Source: Nitrosospira multiformis ATCC 25196
GTDB taxonomy: Bacteria > Pseudomonadota > Gammaproteobacteria > Burkholderiales > Nitrosomonadaceae
Assembly: GCF_000196355.1 (NCBI RefSeq)
Contig: NC_007614.1
Coordinates: 180,001-212,000 of the forward strand
Direction: 5' to 3'
Length of the DNA: 32,000 bases
A model generated the notes under the pieces. That model had not been told where the DNA came from, searched no databases, and worked only from the letters and a program-made list of their open reading frames with translations. The translations under genes and the position numbers were made by a program. This document shows positions 20,847 to 28,737 of this stretch, one piece after another (the first letter of the stretch is position 1; each line of letters begins with the position of its first letter).

Positions 20847-20870
20847 AAGATACGGCGACTGGATGGGTGT

Positions 20871-20888
20871 GAGCAGCGGGGGCTGCTC
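20871..20888 (+). terminator. GC-rich hairpin GAGCAGC-GGGG-GCTGCTC between the Sco-like gene and ctaB; weak terminator or processing signal
   Basis: Perfect 7-bp stem with a 4-nt loop, followed only by TT. It lies 25 nt after the stop at 20846. Confidence 0.3.
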
Positions 20889-20969
20889 TTGCATATAGAC
20901 CAGTCGTGATTCACATTGATTTGTCGAAACGCCGGGCACCGAGCCCGCGATAATAGGAGACGAAACGTT

Positions 20970-21866
20970 ATGGCTACAACGAGTATTGCTTGGCAGCAAA
21001 CTGCTTCGCGTGTGCAGCAGTTTTACCGGTTAACCAAGCCGCGAGTTGTATCGCTTATTGTTTTTACGGCCGTTATAGGCATGTTTCTGTCCGTTCCGGG
21101 CGTTGTACCCCTGGATACGCTCATTTTTGCTACGGTGGGGATAGCGTTCGTTGCGGGAGCTGCTGCAGCTGTCAATTGCCTTGTCGAGCAGAAAATCGAT
21201 GCTGTCATGGCCCGCACGCGGGGGCGTCCGCTCCCCCGCGGTACCGTTACCTCGCCTGAAACCTTTGTGTTCCTGGCGCTTGTTGGCGGCGCGGGTCTGC
21301 TGATACTGCATCAACTGGTCAATCCGCTGACCATGTGGCTCACGCTTGGAACCTTTGTCGGCTATGCGATCATCTACACTGTGATCTTGAAGCCGATGAC
21401 CCCGCAAAATATCGTCATAGGCGGCGCTTCCGGAGCAATGCCACCAGTTCTGGGTTGGGCAGCGGTAACGGGCGAAGTGTCGGCTGACGCTCTGCTTTTA
21501 TTTCTGATTATTTTCGCCTGGACGCCGCCCCACTTCTGGGCGCTTGCACTCTATCGCAAACTTGAATATGCAAAGGTTGGGATGCCGATGCTGCCGGTAA
21601 CCCACGGCGACAAATTTACGCGCCTGCATGTTCTGCTGTACACACTGATACTCATCGCGGTGACATTGATGCCTTATGCCACTCAGATGAGTGGGCTTAT
21701 CTATCTGGCCGGCGCGATAGTGCTGGATGTGATATTTTTATACTATGCAGTAAAAATCTACCTCAACTACAGCGACCAGCTGGCCCGCAGCGCGTTTCGC
21801 TACTCGATCCTTTATCTGGCAGGATTGTTCGCGGTGCTCCTGGTAGACCATTACATACGTTTCTAA
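20970..21866 (+). CDS. ctaB: Protoheme IX farnesyltransferase (heme O synthase)
   Basis: UbiA-family multi-TM protein ([38 protein letters not shown]). I chose the ATG at 20970 with AGGAGA 9 nt upstream over the track start at 20916. Confidence 0.93.
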   Translation: MATTSIAWQQTASRVQQFYRLTKPRVVSLIVFTAVIGMFLSVPGVVPLDTLIFATVGIAFVAGAAAAVNCLVEQKIDAVMARTRGRPLPRGTVTSPETFVFLALVGGAGLLILHQLVNPLTMWLTLGTFVGYAIIYTVILKPMTPQNIVIGGASGAMPPVLGWAAVTGEVSADALLLFLIIFAWTPPHFWALALYRKLEYAKVGMPMLPVTHGDKFTRLHVLLYTLILIAVTLMPYATQMSGLIYLAGAIVLDVIFLYYAVKIYLNYSDQLARSAFRYSILYLAGLFAVLLVDHYIRF

Positions 21867-21875
21867 GGGACATGC

Positions 21876-22493
21876 GTGAGGCATCGACCGCACTATTACA
21901 GACTTGTAGTATGGATAGCAGCGGCGCTACTGACGGCCCCGCTCCTTTCGGCCTGTAGCAAGACAGAAAAGCCGGCGTTTCTTTCGACGGACATTACCGG
22001 CGCCGATTTCGGCAAAGATTTCAACCTCACCGATCATAACGGTAAGATGCGAACCCTTGCCGACTTCAAGGGGCAGGTCGTCACGGTATTTTTCGGCTAC
22101 ACTCACTGTCCTGATGCCTGTCCTGCGACCATGGGAAATCTTGCGGCGGCGATGGATATGTTGGGCGCCGATGCGTCCCGTGTGCAAGTGCTGTTTATTA
22201 CCGTCGATCCCGAGCGCGACCGGCCTGAAGTCCTGAAAGCATATCTGTCCGCCTTCAATCCTAGCTTCCTCGGACTGTATGGCGACGAACGCGCGATAAA
22301 GAAGACCACGAAAGAATTTAACGTCGTCTACCAGAAACAACAAGGCGGTGCCCACCAGCATGATAGCGTGGACCACTCCACCGGAACCTACATCTACGAT
22401 ACAAAGGGGAAGTTGCGGCTATACGTCAGTAATGATAAAGGCGCAGACGTCTTCGCCCACGACATCTCCCAGCTCTTGAAAACTTCGGGTTAG
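21876..22493 (+). CDS. SCO family copper chaperone / thiol-disulfide oxidoreductase
   Basis: Lipoprotein-like signal (LLSAC), the CPDACP CxxxC copper motif, and a downstream conserved His (VDHSTGTYIYD). Confidence 0.9.
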   Translation: MRHRPHYYRLVVWIAAALLTAPLLSACSKTEKPAFLSTDITGADFGKDFNLTDHNGKMRTLADFKGQVVTVFFGYTHCPDACPATMGNLAAAMDMLGADASRVQVLFITVDPERDRPEVLKAYLSAFNPSFLGLYGDERAIKKTTKEFNVVYQKQQGGAHQHDSVDHSTGTYIYDTKGKLRLYVSNDKGADVFAHDISQLLKTSG

Positions 22494-22578
22494 CAAAGGC
22501 ATTTTGCTAATCTTGAATTGAACAGTTGAACAGATGCGGAAAATTCCCGTTGCCGATTCGCAAGCTGGATACGCGTGT

Positions 22579-24015
22579 CTATGGAAACAGCTTTCCGGGA
22601 TTCAAAATGTTGTTGGGGTCAAACACGCGTTTGATCTCCTTCATGAGTTCCATGGTGACCGGATCGATCTCTTTTCCGATATATGCTCTTTTCTCGCTCC
22701 CGACGCCGTGTTCCCCTGACAAGGTGCCGTTGAGTTCGATTACAAGGTCGAATATCTCGTTCAGGCACATTTCCGCCCGCTGCATCTCGCCCGTGGAGTC
22801 CGGATTCACCAAAAGATTGACATGGATATTGCCGTTTCCGGCATGACCAAAATTGACGTTGGAAAGGCGATGCTTCGCGCTCAACCTGGTGAGTCCCAGC
22901 AGAAACTCTGGCAGAGCCGAAACCGGCACGACGACGTCCTCATTGATTTTTTTTGGCGCAATATCCCTCAATAACGGCGATAATGTTTTTCTCGCTCGCC
23001 ACAGCGTTGCAGCATCTGCCGTGGGCGTGGCCTGAATCAATCCGCTGCCCCCGCAAGCGCTGAGAACAGCGTTACGTGACTCTGCGACCGAATGCTCGGT
23101 ACCATCCACTTCAATCATCAGCATGGCGTGGGCATCGGCAGGAAGCATACCGGGAAACCGGCTCCTTATCAGGTTGAGGGACCCCGCATCGAGAAACTCG
23201 AGCGCACTCGGGGTCTGCGGAAGCGTCATGATGCGGACAATAGCATCTGTGCAACCGGCGAGGTCGCTATAATAAGCGGTCACGCCTCCCAACGCCTGGG
23301 GAAGCGGAGTGAGCTTGAGGGTGGCTTCGGTAATAACTGCCAGTGTACCCTCGGAGCCAATCAGAAGTCGGGTGAGGTCGTATCCCACGACGCCCTTGGT
23401 CGTATAGCAGCCCGTCCGGATCACTTGGCCCTTGCCGGTAACTGCCTTCACTCCCAGCACATGGTCTCGGGTGGTTCCGTACTTTACCGCACGGGGTCCA
23501 CCGGCCGAGGTCGCAAGGTTTCCCCCTATGCTGGAAAAAGCCGCGCTGGAAGGATCGGGGGGCCAGAAGAAACCATGCCTTCTTGCTATATCCTGCACTG
23601 TCTGGTTTATGACCCCCGGTTCGGCAACGAGTACGCGATTGGCAGGATCAATTTTGGTAACGCGCACCATCCGTTCCAGCGATAACGCAATTCCCCCGGA
23701 TTCCGGAAGACTGCCCCCCGAGGTGCCGGTGCCTCGCCCCCGAGGTACAAGCGGAATCCCCGTCTCGTTACCGAATTTCACTGCCGCCTGAACTTCCAGG
23801 GCAGACAATGGAAATACCACGGCATCGGGCGGAAAAACCTTCCGGGTATTATCGTATGCATACGCATAACAATCCACCGGATCGGTATAGATCCGATCCG
23901 GTGGAAACAGCTTGTAAAGCCGCGCAATATGTGTGGTAGAAAGCGTCAAGGACGGGTGAAAGGACAGATCATTCCACGATGCGGAACTGGAAAGTCGACT
24001 CGTCTTCTTCAGCAA
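22579..24015 (-). CDS. FAD-binding oxidoreductase, GlcD / D-lactate dehydrogenase-like paralogue
   Basis: 478 aa with PRGRGTGTSGGSLP and C-terminal GEHGVGSEKRAY..NPGKLFP. Same family as the glcD at 849..2324, but no glcE/glcF partners are adjacent. Confidence 0.85.
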   Translation of the reverse strand: MLKKTSRLSSSASWNDLSFHPSLTLSTTHIARLYKLFPPDRIYTDPVDCYAYAYDNTRKVFPPDAVVFPLSALEVQAAVKFGNETGIPLVPRGRGTGTSGGSLPESGGIALSLERMVRVTKIDPANRVLVAEPGVINQTVQDIARRHGFFWPPDPSSAAFSSIGGNLATSAGGPRAVKYGTTRDHVLGVKAVTGKGQVIRTGCYTTKGVVGYDLTRLLIGSEGTLAVITEATLKLTPLPQALGGVTAYYSDLAGCTDAIVRIMTLPQTPSALEFLDAGSLNLIRSRFPGMLPADAHAMLMIEVDGTEHSVAESRNAVLSACGGSGLIQATPTADAATLWRARKTLSPLLRDIAPKKINEDVVVPVSALPEFLLGLTRLSAKHRLSNVNFGHAGNGNIHVNLLVNPDSTGEMQRAEMCLNEIFDLVIELNGTLSGEHGVGSEKRAYIGKEIDPVTMELMKEIKRVFDPNNILNPGKLFP

Positions 24016-24025
24016 GACTGGAAGC

Positions 24026-24613
24026 TTACTCCATGTACTCGAACACCTTCACCACCTTCTTGACACCGTCGACCCGCTTGGCCAGCTCTTCTGCATTCTC
24101 CGCTTCCTCTCCCTTTACAAGTCCAAGCAAATAGACAATGCCTTCCTCGGTGACAACCTTGACGTGGTTAGCCTGAAACCGCCCCGAGTCCATAAAGTGC
24201 CCCTTCACCAGAGAAGTGATCAATGTGTCATTGCCGCGGGAGGTAAATGAGCTTGGGCTGCCCACAGTAATTTCATTGGTTACATGACGCACGTTTTCAA
24301 CGTTGCTCACGAGATCGCCAATTTCTTCTTTTATTGTTTCAGAAGGCGCCTCGCCGGTGAGCAGGACGTTCCGGTTGAAACTGGTGACGTTCACGTGAAC
24401 GTTCGAGCTGAATTTCTCACTGATACGCTGACCGCTTCTAAACTCGATACTCTCATCCTCTACAAACATACCACTTGTACGGCGGTCCTGAGACATTGCA
24501 ATCCCCGTTCCAACCCCGGCCGCCATCCCCCCGGCGGCTATCAGGCCGCAGCCAGACAAAAGTGGAAGCAGGAAAAAAACCAGCAAGAGCGATTTCAAAT
24601 CAAGATATTGCAT
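24026..24613 (-). CDS. BON-domain lipoprotein (DolP/YraP-like)
   Basis: Lipobox LLSGC after a signal peptide, and two BON-like repeats (..NVHVNVTSFNRNVLLTGEAPS.. and ..NHVKVVTEEGIVYLLGLVKGEE..). I chose the ATG at 24613 (GGGGAG 5 nt upstream) over 24643. Confidence 0.8.
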   Translation of the reverse strand: MQYLDLKSLLLVFFLLPLLSGCGLIAAGGMAAGVGTGIAMSQDRRTSGMFVEDESIEFRSGQRISEKFSSNVHVNVTSFNRNVLLTGEAPSETIKEEIGDLVSNVENVRHVTNEITVGSPSSFTSRGNDTLITSLVKGHFMDSGRFQANHVKVVTEEGIVYLLGLVKGEEAENAEELAKRVDGVKKVVKVFEYME

Positions 24614-24829
24614 CGATCTCCCCAATAAACGATAAACGTACAATAATATGCATCCGCGCTAAAGATATATCGGGATCCCGGCTACGGCAAGCGGTGCGTT
24701 GAAAGTTCAGGCCACGCCACAGGCATCTCGGGAAACCAGTAAAATGATGCCCTTAAAAAAAGAATATTTCAAACGGAATGAGTGTCCATGCTAGCGAGGG
24801 CATGCATTAGTTCAAAGCCGCAACCCGTA

Positions 24830-25189
24830 TTACGAATAGTTAACATCAAAAGCATTCCTGATCCATTCGATGTCGCGCCCCTCATTGCCGGATAACAACA
24901 CGGCGTCGAAGCGGCAACAGGGCTCGGTTCTCAGCGAAAGCAGATAATGCCGGGCTGCACGCACCACCTTGCGTTGTTTCGATAAAGTGATACTGGAGCC
25001 TGCGTCCCCAAAATTCCGGTTCGTACGCATCCGCACTTCGACAAACACGAGAGTTTCTCCATCGCGCATGATGAGATCGATTTCACCAAAACGGCATCGG
25101 TAGTTTCTTTGTACCAGCACCAGCCTGTGCCCGGCAAGAAACGCTTCCGCGTACCGCTCGGCCTGGTTCCCCTTCAACCTAAGGGTCAT
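24830..25189 (-). CDS. yraN: YraN family (UPF0102) endonuclease-like protein
   Basis: 119 aa with GNQAERYAEAFL..YRCRFGEIDLIMRDGETLVFVEVRMR, the characteristic YraN core. It is divergent from rsmI, as in E. coli. Confidence 0.88.
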   Translation of the reverse strand: MTLRLKGNQAERYAEAFLAGHRLVLVQRNYRCRFGEIDLIMRDGETLVFVEVRMRTNRNFGDAGSSITLSKQRKVVRAARHYLLSLRTEPCCRFDAVLLSGNEGRDIEWIRNAFDVNYS

Positions 25190-25310
25190 TTCCCGCTATC
25201 CTTGCAAAAAGCATCAATTCCAGCCCCAGTTTGCATGGGGAATCAAACGCAATGGATATTTTAAATCCAGTCATTGATAACCATCCTCAGAACAGAGCCT
25301 GTGGAACCGC

Positions 25311-26177
25311 ATGGATCAATCTAAAGCAATTGTAATTCCCGCTACCTTATACGTGGTCGCCACACCCATAGGCAATCTGCGCGATATCACATTGAGAGCC
25401 CTCGATGTGCTTGCAGCGGTTGACGTCGTTGCGGCGGAGGACACCCGTACGACAAAGCATCTGCTTGCACGCTACGCCATCTCAAAAACGCTGTTCGCCC
25501 TGCACCGCCATAACGAAAGTGCATTGTTTGCAAAAATTGCCGGCCTGCTTTCGCAGGGCAAAACGGTGGCGATCGTAACGGATGCGGGCACTCCGGCAAT
25601 CTCGGATCCGGGTGGGCTGATCGTCAGATTTGTAAGGGAGCAGGGTTTCAAAGTCGTGCCGATTCCGGGTTGCAATGCGGCAGCGTGCGCCCTATCCGTT
25701 GCCGGCATATCCAATCCACATTTTCTGTTTTACGGTTTCCTCCCGACCAGCAGCGGTCCGCGACGGCGGGCGCTTGCCAACCTGAAGCCGCATCCCTACA
25801 GCCTCATATTTTACGAAGCGCCACATCGTATTCTCGAGTGTATAGGGGATATGACGGAAGTATTTGGAAGGAATCGCAGGATTACATTTGCCAGGGAACT
25901 GACAAAGGTGTTCGAGACCATTCATGGCTGCGCCCTGGGTGAGGCGCTTGCCTGGCTGGAGGCTGATTCCGACCGCCGCAAGGGCGAGTTCGTACTCATT
26001 TTGTCGGGGGCTGAGCCTCCGAAGGAAACCGAGCTGAGCGAACAGGCGCGCAGCACGCTTCAGCTGCTGATGCACGAATTGCCCCTCAAGCAGGCGGTGA
26101 GGCTGACTGCGGAAATCAGCGGCGAAAGTAAAAACAGACTTTATTCATTGGCGCTCTCACTCCAGCCTCATTCCTGA
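25311..26177 (+). CDS. rsmI: 16S rRNA (cytidine1402-2'-O)-methyltransferase RsmI
   Basis: LYVVATPIGNLRDITLRALDVL..VAAEDTR..DAGTPAISDPG, the tetrapyrrole-methylase-fold RsmI signature. Confidence 0.93.
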   Translation: MDQSKAIVIPATLYVVATPIGNLRDITLRALDVLAAVDVVAAEDTRTTKHLLARYAISKTLFALHRHNESALFAKIAGLLSQGKTVAIVTDAGTPAISDPGGLIVRFVREQGFKVVPIPGCNAAACALSVAGISNPHFLFYGFLPTSSGPRRRALANLKPHPYSLIFYEAPHRILECIGDMTEVFGRNRRITFARELTKVFETIHGCALGEALAWLEADSDRRKGEFVLILSGAEPPKETELSEQARSTLQLLMHELPLKQAVRLTAEISGESKNRLYSLALSLQPHS

Positions 26178-26315
26178 AATATCGATAGGGTACAGTTACT
26201 TCCGGCTCCTCGATGAGGGAGCGCTGGCACAAGGATGAGCCCGCGTTTATAATGGCGGGCTCGCATGGCTACCGTCATTGGTGGCGCGAGTGGGGGCAGT
26301 TCCCCATCGATATTT
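26177..26315. repeat. 14-nt inverted repeat (13/14 match) bracketing two internal hairpins in the rsmI / thioredoxin-like intergenic region
   Basis: AAATATCGATAGGG (26177-26190) pairs with CCCCATCGATATTT (26302-26315). Internal hairpins are GCTCCTC/GAGGGAGC (26205-26222) and the perfect GAGCCCGC-N10-GCGGGCTC (26237-26262), whose loop reads GTTTATAATG. Confidence 0.5.
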
Positions 26316-26336
26316 ATTTTTTTGGAGAGATCGACT

Positions 26337-26576
26337 ATGAAAACACCTGCTACCTTCTATCACGCTGGCTGTCCCGTATGTGTCGAGGCCGAGCATCAGA
26401 TTGCTGAAGCCCTGGATCCCGATCGCTACGAGGTTGAACTCGTGCATCTTGGCGAGCAAAAGGACAGGATCGCGGCTGCCGAAGCGGCTGGCGTTAAGTC
26501 TGTTCCGGCGCTGGTAATCAACGGAGCACCTTTCCACATCAATTTTGGCGCTCCCATGTCGGCGTTGAAGTCCTAA
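26337..26576 (+). CDS. Small thioredoxin-like protein (79 aa, CPVC motif; Thioredoxin_3-like)
   Basis: ATG at 26337 with GGAGAG 7 nt upstream. Translation: MKTPATFYHAGCPVCVEAEHQI..VKSVPALVINGAP. The N-terminal CxxC and the VPALVING motif are typical of stand-alone small thioredoxin-fold proteins. The track ORF begins earlier, at 26265. Confidence 0.7.
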   Translation: MKTPATFYHAGCPVCVEAEHQIAEALDPDRYEVELVHLGEQKDRIAAAEAAGVKSVPALVINGAPFHINFGAPMSALKS

Positions 26577-26880
26577 TCGAGAAGACGGCGGGCGCCCTGC
26601 CCGCCCACAAACCGCCCCCGCATACCCGCCGGGTAACCCAGGGAGTAATATCTGCCACTCCCGTGACTGTCCCGATCTGATTCGGATCCTAGCGCGTTAC
26701 AATCAGTTCATCAAACAACCGGTCCGTTTCGCGTGGCCTTCCGCTTCCGTACGTACCCTGAGAGTGGCGGTAACAGAGCCTCATCTTGTTCTGACTTGGA
26801 TGCTGCTCCTGATATGAACACGACAAGCACTGAATCTCCTCTATACTTCCAAATATTACAACAGCTCTCAGGAGAAGCTC

Positions 26881-27348
26881 ATGGAGCTCATATTGTGGCG
26901 TCATGCCGAGGCTGAGGAGGGCGTTCCCGATAGTGCGCGGGAACTTACCGATAAAGGGCGAAAACAGGCTGACCTCGTTGCCGCCTGGCTCAAGCCGAGG
27001 TTGCCAAAGAACACACGCATCATCGTCAGCCCAACCCAGCGTACCCAGCAGACGGCTTCCGCACTCAGCAAGGATTTCGAGACGGTCGGGGAAATCGGTC
27101 CCGGTGTTTCCCCGAAGGCGGTTCTGAAGGCAGCAGGATGGCCTGATGCGAAAGGCGCGGTACTCGTGGTAGGTCATCAGCCTACGCTCGGAGAAGTCGC
27201 CGCTTTGCTCATGTCAGGTGATCCGGGGCAATGGACCATCCGGAAAGGTGCGATATGGTGGTTCGCGCAGAAAAAAGGAAACCATAATCTCGGGGAGTTA
27301 CTGCTTCAAGCCGTCGTTTCTCCCGACACGCTGCGAGCAGGAGATTGA
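26881..27348 (+). CDS. sixA: Phosphohistidine phosphatase SixA
   Basis: MELILWRHAEAE (the RHA/RHG catalytic motif) and VVGHQPTLGE; 155 aa, typical SixA size. Confidence 0.85.
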   Translation: MELILWRHAEAEEGVPDSARELTDKGRKQADLVAAWLKPRLPKNTRIIVSPTQRTQQTASALSKDFETVGEIGPGVSPKAVLKAAGWPDAKGAVLVVGHQPTLGEVAALLMSGDPGQWTIRKGAIWWFAQKKGNHNLGELLLQAVVSPDTLRAGD

Positions 27349-27402
27349 TAAGCGCCGTCTTCGCAAGATTTCGGTGTCCTACTCGGTACCGGTTTGGCCT
27401 TA

Positions 27403-27630
27403 TCAATTACGCCGTACTGCTCCGATGGAATTCCAGCGATCCCAAGCGCCATAATGGCTCCTGATCGGGCCGACCGGCAGTGCGAGCAGAATCAGCAATA
27501 CGCCCGCCGTGACGTTGGCTACCGCTCCCAGTCCGGTGTAACCGGTCAACAGAAGGGGGGCGGGAATCAACCAGGCGCCGAATATGATGTTGGCCAAACG
27601 CAGCGGACGACCCACTTCGCTCAGGGCCAT
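27403..27630 (-). CDS. Small two-TM membrane protein, single SPW-repeat-like unit
   Basis: 75 aa. RLANIIFGAWLIPAPLLL..ANVTAGVLLILLAL resembles one unit of the SPW membrane repeat (xNxxxGxWLxxSPW). The assignment is tentative and I see no SD. Confidence 0.4.
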   Translation of the reverse strand: MALSEVGRPLRLANIIFGAWLIPAPLLLTGYTGLGAVANVTAGVLLILLALPVGPIRSHYGAWDRWNSIGAVRRN

Positions 27631-27826
27631 GAATCAGGTTCTGCAGCTCTCGTAACTATCAGTCGCCGGCTCGGCGATCAGGAGCGTGGTTGCTTCGGGC
27701 AGTTGCGAGCGCTACTCCACCGGCGCCCACTGTGAAGGACAGGGGCGGAACATAGCAACGCTCAATGCGCCTGGAATTCAGGGAGCGGTGAGGCATTGAA
27801 GGAGGATGCAATTGTCTGGCTCTTGT

Positions 27827-28342
27827 TTATTTCACCCTGCCCGAATCCATGCCCGAAGACTGGATTGTTGTATAAGGCGTTTGCTCATACGGCGTGTCGG
27901 GAGTGTCCGTCGGCTGCTTCGTGCGGGAAGACTCGGTATAAGTCTTCGTTCCATAGTAGGAATTGATTGTATTCTGCCAGGAGGTGTCCGCCATGTCGGG
28001 CCAGTCGTCCTTATCGAATCCCGGCGCGGAGTCGAGGCGTTCCTTATCCACATCGAGGATGAAGCGCTTGTTCTCTGTATCGAGCGTCAGAGCGCCCCAG
28101 GGCACGGCAAAGAGCTTGTCTCCCATTCCCATCAATCCCCCGAAGGACAATACCGCGTAGGCGATTTTGCCGTTGTTCATATCGAGCATGATTTCCTTGA
28201 TATCCCCAAGGTCTTCGTCCCTGGTGTTATATACATCCTCGCCAATAAGAGTGTCGGCGCCCATCAGACGGGGACCAGGTCCCTTGCCTTCCTTGCCGTA
28301 GTTTTTGTACATGCCGTAGGTGTCACGATCTGTGTAGGCCAT
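27827..28342 (-). CDS. PRC-barrel domain protein
   Basis: LIGEDVYNTRDEDLGDIKEIMLDMNNGKIAYAVLSFGGLMGMGDKLFAVPWGAL is a canonical PRC-barrel core. AGGAGAG lies 5 nt upstream of the ATG at 28342. The C-terminus is a low-complexity T/P/Y-rich tail. Confidence 0.8.
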   Translation of the reverse strand: MAYTDRDTYGMYKNYGKEGKGPGPRLMGADTLIGEDVYNTRDEDLGDIKEIMLDMNNGKIAYAVLSFGGLMGMGDKLFAVPWGALTLDTENKRFILDVDKERLDSAPGFDKDDWPDMADTSWQNTINSYYGTKTYTESSRTKQPTDTPDTPYEQTPYTTIQSSGMDSGRVK

Positions 28343-28374
28343 GGTTCTCTCCTATAATTAATCCAATTTCATGA

Positions 28375-28411
28375 TTTGCAGGAATCGTAATACGGAGAAC
28401 GATTCCGCAAA
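28375..28411 (-). promoter_or_regulatory. 13-bp (one bulge) inverted repeat in the leader/promoter region of the PRC-barrel gene
   Basis: The plus strand reads TTTGC(A)GGAATCGT-N10-ACGATTCCGCAAA. On the mRNA strand the loop reads UCUCCGUAUU, containing UCUCC, which is complementary to the gene's own SD (GGAGA, 28347-28353 on plus coordinates). Confidence 0.35.
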
Positions 28412-28737
28412 TAATAAGGAAGAGAGCAGTTCCGGTCGGTGCGATAGCCAACAAAAAGAGACAGCCCAAAAGAGGAAGGGGGGGAGAGGAGCAGGATGTC
28501 GTCAAAACTGCTTTTGCCATCAGCATGTGCAGGTCGTGTAAAATGTCCATAGGCCTGTTTCCTATCAATTACAAATGCGGTACCACGCCTGTCGGAAGAT
28601 AGTAAACGCGCAATATCGACTCCTGGCCTCCTTGCCAAAGGCCGAAACAAGAAACTTGTGGTTTTGCCAGCCGCGAAGTATTTATCCTTTCTTTCCGCTG
28701 CTTGCCCGAGGCGAGGGCTGAGTCAACGTTAATCAAC

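Noticed and set aside
22490-22510. AT-rich hairpin TTAGCAAA-N5-TTTGCTAA spanning the SCO stop codon, and the tandem TTGAACAG TTGAACAG just downstream
   Set aside because: The stem is weak (mostly A/T) with no U-run, and the tandem 8-mer occurs only twice. It may help terminate the convergent transcripts, but it is too weak to annotate.
26689-27177. 162-aa minus-strand ORF overlapping sixA
   Set aside because: It is antisense to a gene with clear SixA motifs (RHAEA, GHQP), and its own translation is not recognisable.
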